Below are positions 1 to 9,200 of a DNA stretch of 63,595 nucleotides, piece after piece. Source of the stretch: a virus; the IMG/VR virus record IMGVR_UViG_3300028549_001550; one strand, given 5' to 3'. Numbering within the stretch: position 1 is the stretch's first letter; each line of letters begins with the position of its first letter. The position numbers and the translations under genes were made by a program. The notes beneath the pieces are model-generated. The model was given only the letters and a program-made list of their open reading frames with translations, was not told the origin of the DNA and searched no databases.

Positions 1-255
1 CAGACAAGGCAAAGCCTGTTAAGGAAACCAAAGCCGCCAAAGCCGCCGAGACAAAACAGCACCTTTCAAATGCCATGGATAAGCTGAAACAAATCAATGC
101 TATATTTGGTGAACGTGGTAGTTTCTCTACTGAAAAGATGGATAAAAACATCTATGCACAAATAAAACCATTATTACAAGGCGCATTGGAAGATATTATT
201 GCAGCAGGTAAAACGGCAACAGAATTTGTGAAAATATCAATGGAAGCCTTGACTC
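1..255. repeat. Terminal overlap, copy A (identical to 63341-63595). The contig closes into a 63,340-bp circle.
   Basis: Read directly: bases 1-255 (cagacaaggcaaagcctgtt...tggaagccttgactc) recur base-for-base at 63341-63595. The repeat lies inside an open reading frame, so an assembly overlap of a circular or permuted genome is more likely than a physical non-coding DTR. Confidence 0.95.
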
Positions 256-3200
256 CAGACGCAAGACCGTATTTTGCTAAATTTGTCCAAGAGGATATGG
301 TAGTTCCAGAAACCCCAACAACAAAGGAGAAGGAAGATGGCAATACCGAAAGTAACGATAACGCCGGAGGACAGGACCAACAAGGATTGGGTACTGAAAA
401 AGGTGAAGAGGTTCCAGGAGGACGAGACGGGACTTTGGCCGAGCCTGGGGAAATCGGATCTACAGATAAGGATGATGGGAGTTTGGGAGTACAGCCGCCC
501 AAAGATGTATCGGAAACTACAGATAATGGGGATAGTAAAGGAGATGGCTTACGTCCTGGTCTGCTCAATGATGGAGACGGAGGACAAACTAATGGCGTCG
601 GGGATGCCGGAGACGGACGCACACCAACAGGCGGCGCAAACTTGGCTGATAATGGACCCGGAGGAGGAACCGGAACCGGAGGAAGAAGATTAGGGAATTA
701 TCATATTGATGACCCTAAAGCCCTGATAGGCGGCACCCCCAAAAAGAGATTTGCCAAAAACAAAGCCGCCATTGAAACGTTTAATACAGTTATGAATGAA
801 GGTCGAGAACCTACGGCAGAGGAGAGGGATATCCTTGCTGGCTACATTGGTTGGGGATCGTTCGGGCAGGATCTATTTCAAGGATCATGGGATAGGGCAA
901 AGTATAAGGATGGATGGGACAAGGAAAATGATTGGTTGCGTGAACACCTTGGGGAATCTGCTTGGAAATCTGCACAAACATCCATTCTTAACGCTCACTA
1001 CACCGACCCACCAACAGTAACCTCTATATGGAAGATAGCAAGGCAGTTAGGGTTTAAAGGTGGCAGGGTGCTCGAACCGTCCATGGGTATTGGTAACTTT
1101 TTCGGTCTGATGCCCAAAGACCTCAAGGCAAAGAGTGATTTAACCGGCATAGAGCTTGATGAAACAACGGCAGAAATGGCAAGGATGCTTTATCCTGATG
1201 CCAATGTTCAGCAGATGGGCTACGAAAAGAGCGCAACCGCCGATGGTTTTTACGATCTTGTTATCGGTAACTGGCCATTTGCCAAGGACGGGCCGGTTTC
1301 CAGGAGATACGATCAATACCGATTAAGCCTTCACGATTTCTTTTTTGTTAAAGCCTTAGATCAGGTTCGCCCCGGCGGGTTGGTTATCGGGATCACCAGT
1401 TCCGGGACCATGGACAAGAAGGGAACCGTAGCAAGAATGCAGATGGAGAAGCGTGGCAAGCTCATTGCCGCTTACCGAATGCCCATGGGTGCCTTTAAAG
1501 AGTATGCAGGGACATCTGTAGTTGCTGACCTTCTCGTTTTTCAGAAATATTCCGAATTGAACCCAGGTAAAAGTCTTACTCCTTGGGGGCTACAGGTGCC
1601 ACTGACAAACCAAGAAGGTGTTGCCCTTACTGCCGATGATGGTAGACCGATCATGGTTAATGAATATTGGGACCATAAACCAGATCATGTTTTAGGCCAT
1701 ATGACAGTTGGCCATGGAACCACGCAAGGCCGTATGGGTATGATTGTCGAAAGGCCAAACGGATATGAAGGGACATTGGCATTTTTAGCGGAAAACTTCC
1801 CTTCAGATATCATGCCAAAGCGTACAAACATGGAACACGTCAAGTATATCAGCAATCACACCAAGGAAAAACAGAACAGCATCACAATTACAAAAGAGGG
1901 AGAGCTTTATACTGTACGGGGCGAACGTCTTGCCAATCTGAATGATGAGATAAAATATTCTCTTAAAGACCCCAAAAAAACAAAAGCCCGTGAAAACGAG
2001 ATCAAAGCCATGGTGGAGATAAAAAACCTATATGGCAAACTTCTTGACACCGAGCGTGATGGAAAGCCAAATGTTGAAGAGATAAGAACATCTTTAAACA
2101 ACGCCTATAAAGCATTCACGAAGCAATGGGGGCCACTGAATAGTTCTTTTGCTTTAAGTATTTTCAAAAAGGCAAAGGACCCTTTATCAGCCGCAATAGT
2201 CGCCCTTGAAAATAACAAAGGGACAAAAAAGAAACCTGTTTATATACCATCCAAGATTTTAACAGAATCTACGCAACGAGCTAAAAAGAGGATGGAAAAC
2301 CCATCCATAACGGATGCCTTTGTTCTGGTAAGGAATGAAGAGGCAAGGACCGTTGACCTTGATGATATTGCAAAGAGAAGCGGGAAATCTGTTCAAGAGA
2401 TCAAAGAAGAGTTGTTTTCCAAGGATGCTATTTTTGAAACGCCAGCAGGTGTTTTTGAAGTCAAAGACATTTATCTGTCTGGAAATGTCCGGGAAAAACT
2501 ATTAGAGGCTCTTGACGCAAAAGAAAAGGGGCTTGATATGGAAAGGAATATCAAGGCTCTCAAAGAGGTAATGCCTAAAGACGTTCCATATTTCAGTATA
2601 GAGGTAAACCTTGGTGCGTCATGGATACCCTCGGATGTTTATATGCAGTTTTTTCAGGATGTGGCGAACCTGCCAGAACAAATAACAGACCAGATACATA
2701 TTACGCCGTCAGTCAATGGATGGGTTGTAAAGTTTGATGATGCCAGAAGATTAAACGATAGAGACGAAGTACGATCCCTTTGGAGCACCAAAGATGAACA
2801 CGGCAATATCGAATGTGCGTTTACAAAGATTGCCAAGTCTGCGTTTTCTGGACAAGCCATTACCATTAAATACAAAGACGAGGATGGCAACGAATTTACG
2901 GACACGGCGGCATCTTTAAGGGCAAACGAAAAGGTTGAATCTTTCCGGGAATCCCTGAAAGATTGGATTTGGAAAGATATGGACCGGAGAGTCATGCTTG
3001 AAGAACATTATAACCAAACCATGAATGCCTTTGCCACTCCAGAGTATGATGGTTCTTTCCTCTCTTTCGATGGAATGATGCTTAAAATGGGGTCGGAAGA
3101 GTTCAACCTTAGAAAGCACCAAGTTGATGCAATATGGAGAGGCGTTGCAAACGGGAGGGGATTGTACGCACATGAAGTAGGCACCGGAAAAACCTTCACC

Positions 3201-6200
3201 ATGGGGGGGATTGCCATTGAATCCAGGCGTTATGGATTGGCTAAGAAACCCTTAATCCTGGCGCACAATGCGAATAGCGCCTCTGTAGCATCCGACATTC
3301 AAAAAATGTATCCGGGTGCCAGTGTTCTCTATATAGATAATCTTGCACCAGAGAAAATACAATCATCATTGTATCAGATTGCCAATGACGATTGGGATGT
3401 TGTTGTTATGCCTCACTCCCTTATGGAACGTCTTACCTTATCAAGGGAAACATTAAACAAATTGGCCGCCGAGGATATAGCAAACCTTGAGAATGAAGCT
3501 ATTGAATCTGCGGAAGAAGAGGGTTTTGACATATCCGATATCCTTGATGATGCAGAGGCGTTAACAAAGATAAGGGGTGCCTCTACTGCGAAGGAAATTG
3601 TAAAACAACGAAACAAGATCATCGCAAACATTGAGAAACAAGTCTTAGCCGCCAGCAAGGAGGGTGCCGTTTCTTTTGAGGATCTTGGTATTGATATGAT
3701 GATTATTGATGAGGCTCACGAGTTTAAAAAGCCGCCCCTGGTGACCAAGATGAAGGTTAAGGGACTCAACACAGCCACCAGTAACAAAGGTATCGGGTTA
3801 AACCTTTTAACGGGTTATATTAAAGAGCTAAACCAGGGGAAAGGTGTTCATCTGTTTACCGGGACACCTATTACAAACACCCTGAACGAGATTTATAACC
3901 AGATGCGGTACACCATGTCAGACAAGATGGAGGATGCCGGGGTTCTTGGGTGGGATTCTTGGTTTAACACTTTTGCCTCGGTCAATAATGATGTGGAACG
4001 AACCTCAACAGGTGATTACGAGTCTGTTTCCAGGCTGTCAGGGTTTCATAACGTGTCTGAGTTGCGGCGGTTTGCAGGTCAGTATATGGATATTGTCTTT
4101 GCCGATGATATGCCGGAGTTTGTTCCCAGGGAAACAGCATCAGGTAAAACCCTGCTCGATGAAAGCCTTAGTGAGGCAGACCGTGCCGAGTTGATAGAGG
4201 GACGGGTCGAAGGTGGAGAAATAAAGGGTAGGCCCTACAAGAAAATTATCAATGAAGTTGCTGATATGTCCACTGAACAACGGGAAATCTTAGAAGGCTT
4301 AATCAGGAGAGCGAGGTCTTTTAAAGAGTCTGATGGAAAAACACGCTATGAGATTATGAAAACTGGAGATAACCGAAGCCCGGTTATCATAGAGACTGAT
4401 GCCGCCAAAGCAGGTTTTGACACAAGGCTTTTTGATAAAGATTTGTCAGAGCATCCAGATAATAAAATCAACCGATGTACTTCAAATGTTTTAGAGCATT
4501 ACAAAGCCCACAAAATGACGGCACAGGTCATCTTTATGGACAAGGGTTATAATGATACTGCTGATAGAGTCCGTAGAGTTGGAGGTCTAAAAGTTAAAGT
4601 AACCGTTGATACCTTTAACGCAGCTAAAGACATTGTGGCTAAACTTATAGCCGGTGGAATAAAGACAGAAGAAATCGCAATTGTTAAAGGTACAACTTCC
4701 AAAATAAAAAGATTAGAGATTGCCGAAGCTGTGAGTAGGGCCGAGATCAGGGTGGTCATAGGAGCAACCTCAACCCTTGGAACTGGCGTGAATATGCAGG
4801 AGAATCTAAAGGCCATGCACCATCTTGACGCTCCATGGATGCCCGGAGAACTGGAACAGCGGAACGGACGAGGCCATAGACAGGGCAATAGATGGAATAC
4901 TGTTCTTGAGTATAGATACATAACAGAGAGTATTGACGCAAGGAGATGGCAGGTTTTAGCCAAAAAGCAGAAGATCATTACAGATTTTCTGAAAGCTAAA
5001 GACGGTATGCGAACCATTGAAGGTGATGTCCTTGACATGGGAACCAGTGCTCTTGACGATATCACCGCCAGCTTTTCAGAAGCCGCCGGGGATGCTCGTA
5101 TCTTGACCATTGAGAAGTTGAAAAAGGATATTGAAAAACTCTCAAAGAAGCAACGTCTCCATGATACGGGGGTTGTCGAGGCAAAGCAGAAGGAGAAGAA
5201 AAACAGACAGGATATCCCAAATCTTCAAAGTGATGCTGATAAGGTAAATGCCGATTTGTCTCTTTACAATGCTGAAAAAGAGAAACCCTTCTCCATCACG
5301 ATCCAAGGGAAAGAGCATACTGACCGGAAGTCTGCCGACAAAGCCCTTGAAAAGATTTTTCTCAAGAACCATGAGACACGAAAGGATAAGACCGGGAGAC
5401 TTAAAGTTGCAGAAGAAGAAAAAATAGGGGAGTACAGGGGTTTTGAGCTTGTTAAGGTACTTAATTTTGTAACACAGCCTGAGTATTATTTACAAAAAGA
5501 CGGTGCTTATGACGTATCTCCATCTATGGGTAGTCTTGATTCTTTATCGAGAACCATGGGCAAACTGGCAGATGAAATAGCACGAGCCATAGGGGATAAA
5601 CAACGGGCCATTAAAAAGTATGAGCAGGTCCAGCAAGAGGTCTTTGGGCAAACAGGCGCCCTAAACAACAAGAAACATATGCTTGCATCAATCCAGGCAG
5701 ATATGGCGGCATTTCCAGATGCACCCCCAAGATGGCTTGCCCAGGGAGCACCCGTGGGAACCATGGTCTTTAATAAGGGTGTGGAATACGAGGTTGAAGG
5801 GCATAGGGCCGGGGACCATGATTTTTATGTCATGGCTTTTAAAGAGGAGGGAGGATCCACAGAGCATAAAATATTCTCATACAACGAGGTCAGGGATTTA
5901 AATAACCTGCCTCTCTATGAAGATTTGTCTCCCAAGGCAAAGGAGAAACGTCATTCGGATATAGGGGCCGCCGGATTCGGACAGCAAGGGCTTGATAATG
6001 CCAGATTGCAGGAACCTCTGTATTCCACTGAAAACACACCTTCCGGGGAGAACGTCACCTTACAGCAGATCCAGAAGATGTTCCCAGGGCAAAACGTAGG
6101 GCTCTCTCCTGATAACTCGGTTTGGGTACGCCTCAAGAACGGCGCAGGATTGAGAATCAAAGGCGTTCGGCAGGTATCGGAAGGTAAGTACCTATTTTCC

Positions 6201-9200
6201 ACAGAAACCGGGAAGATGGACCAGAACGGCCTCATTGCCGGGAAATATGCCAACAATGAGATTGAGCTTGTTGACGGCGTGGCCAATGGTGGAACGCTTG
6301 CCCATGAATCGGTACATTTTCTTGAAGATATAGGCGTTATCGACAAGGCTGATATCTTTGTCCTTGACCATAAGATTGCATCCCTGGCAAAGAACGGAGA
6401 CCTTGACTTTAATCTTGTCCAGGACCAGAGAGAGAACCGGGCCGTGTTCCTGGCGCAATACTTGGCAGATCGTGAAAAGTTCAGGGGAACGGTAGTAGGG
6501 AAGATCATTCAGAGAGTTGCAGATTTCCTTGATTCCATGGTTGCCCTGGGAAAAACATCGGTGCGTAAGATTGCCAAGGGGATTGAGAGCGGGAAGATAT
6601 TCGACAAACCAACAGACGGAGTTGAGCAACCGGGCTTTCAATTCGAGATAAGAACCAAACCGGCACCGAAAAAGACTATTCAGGCTTTCAAGTTGTTCAA
6701 AGTGAAGAAAGGTAGCCCTGGGAAACTGTTCCCCTTATATGTAGAAGCGAACAAACCAGTTGAGACAGAGGTTTGGCATGATGCAGAGATAGGGCCTATG
6801 ACAGACAAAGGGAAGGTCAAGTCAAAGTTAGGGCCCCTAGCATTTAGACCAGGATGGCACGGAGGGGACGCTCCTGTTGCAACACATATTGGTGAATCAG
6901 GAGATGAAACCCCAACGCCACGGTTTAGACCAGCAGATCAGGTATGGGCAGAGGTAGAGATGGCTGATGATGTTGATTGGCAAACCGAGGCAAACAAAAG
7001 GGCTACATTGACGAAGGCCGGGAAGCCCATTGCCAGGACAGCACATATAACAGACCAATTACCCATTGACGGGTCGTACCGGTACAAAACCAATTCAAAC
7101 ATGACTGGTAGCTGGATTATATCAGGAGCCATGAGGATTAAAAGGGTTCTCACGGACGAAGAGGTTTCCAAGATCAACCAGGAACTTGGGGTTTCAGACC
7201 TGCCCAGGGCGAACGGGGCAGTATTTGACTCCAAGAAATACGGGTTTGATGAGACTCAGTATTCTACAGTCTCCACCAAAAAAGACAAAGGTTATGCAGG
7301 GGAGCAGTTCAAAGGCATCCTCCCTGAAAGCGTAGCCAAGGGAATGGAGAAAAGCCGAGGGATAACCCCCACAGCATTGATTGACAAGCTGAAAAGTTTC
7401 CTGAGCGACATGAAAAAGGAGATGGATCATTTTCCTGAATTGACCAGGATGGAGCCGGGGGTTAAAGCCTCATCTGCAAGGGAGATCCTAAGACGGCATC
7501 AAGATATCCCGGACATGGTGCAGGACAAGACGGCAAGGGAGATGTCAGCCATTCTTGAGAACATGAATAAGACAGAATATGATGCTTTTGCAATGGAATT
7601 AATCCTTGGTGACGAGGTGCGGTCTATTAATGAAGGGATCCGGACTGATGACAATTTACCATGGGGTTTCACGAGTACGAAAGAGATGGTTGAATCTCAT
7701 AAAAGATTACAAGAGATGAACAAGAAAACCCCCAAGGTTGCCAAAGCCCTTGCAGACCGCCGAGCCTTTCAAAAAAGTGTAGCAAAAGACTTGGTTAAAT
7801 ATGGGATCATGAAAAAAGAGATCCTAAAAGATGGTGATTATTTCCATCACCAGATCCTTCTATATTGGAATAACAAAGCCGCAGAGCAAAAAGGTATGGG
7901 TACCTCTTCAAGCGAGGTTCGTTCCAAGTGGCGTCCCTGGATGGCTGCACGTAAAGGGTCACCCCTGGAATACAACACCGAGTACATGGAGGCTGAGTTC
8001 TTTGCCACGGCATCACAGTTGGCACAGGTGGAAACCGCCAAAAACCTGAAACAGATCAAAAAAGAAAACGATATCCTGAAGGATCTCAAGCAGGAAGCCA
8101 AGGCAAAGAATAATGCCCTTTATGCTGCATGGGTCGAAGCCGAAACAGCGCAAGACATGAACTTCAAGGATCCGGTAAAGCCCTTTTCTACTCGGATTGC
8201 CATTGGGTTTGCAGGTTTATCTAAGGCTGTTCAGGATGGGACTATCACCTATGACAGTGAGTTTCTGGACGTTGTGAACGCAATCCGAAAAGCCGGGGAG
8301 CTTCAAAAGGCAGACAAAGCCGCATGGAAAGATGCTGTAGACGATAACCCAAAGGTGAGCATGGCAATCAACCACCCCAGGTTGTTCCCCTTCCTCTCCC
8401 ACCTCCTGGAGAAACAGCACGAAGGAGCGATGTCGGCAGCCTTAATTTACAAAGGGATCAAGGGCCGTGACAGAGTTATGAAGGAATCCCTGGGTAAAGA
8501 CTTCAAGACCTGGAAACAGCTTATCCCTGAAGGTTACAAAGAATGGAAACCAGATCCCAAGGGTGGAGCATTCTTTGTTAACTCCATTACAGATCAGGTC
8601 CTTCAGGGGGTATTGACCGGGGAAAGGAGCCTGGAAGAGAAGGATGTCAGGAAGGTCTTGGCCAGGGGTAACCCACCGGTGTGGGTCCTGCCAGAAGGTT
8701 TGGCAGATACAATGGACAACTTCCGGTCCCATACCGCAGAGGGACGGCTGGCGCAAACATCGGAATGGGCCTTGTCAGCATGGAAACAGTATATCCTGTT
8801 AAACCCGTTCTCAGCCTTAAAATACAACATAAACAATATGTCAGGAGATTTAGATGTGGTGCTGGCATATCGCCCGGAGATTGCAAAGCCCGGGCCGGTC
8901 AAAAAAGCCATGCAAGACCTTATTAACTGGTCCAAGTACAAGACTCTCTCTCCAGCCTTGAAAGCGGAAATGGATGAAGCCATGAAGCATGGTGTTATCG
9001 GAAGTGGATTCGCTGTGCAGGAAGTCACGGACACGCTAAAGCTGATGTCCTCGGAAACCTTTGTCAAAAACATTTTGACTGAGGAAAAAATAGGCATGGC
9101 GGCGGCATACTGGAAAAAGGTCAAGAACGCCTCCCAGATTCGGGAGAACATTCTCCGCTTATCTGCTTTTAGATGGTTCAAAGGCCAGTTGGAGGCAGGG

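Noticed and set aside
1-255. The terminal repeat as a physical T7/N4-style direct terminal repeat
   Set aside because: It lies wholly inside coding sequence of the giant ORF and has no flanking non-coding signals. An assembly overlap of a circular or permuted genome is the simpler reading, but this cannot be decided without reads.
152-622. Minus-strand ORFs antisense to the giant gene (for example 152-622, 4547-5110, 5951-6508, 8603-9181, 58708-59166, 59835-60473)
   Set aside because: They are shadow ORFs on the antisense of a motif-rich long ORF. Their translations are low-complexity (Ser/Pro/Gly-rich), lack start contexts, and overlap one another.
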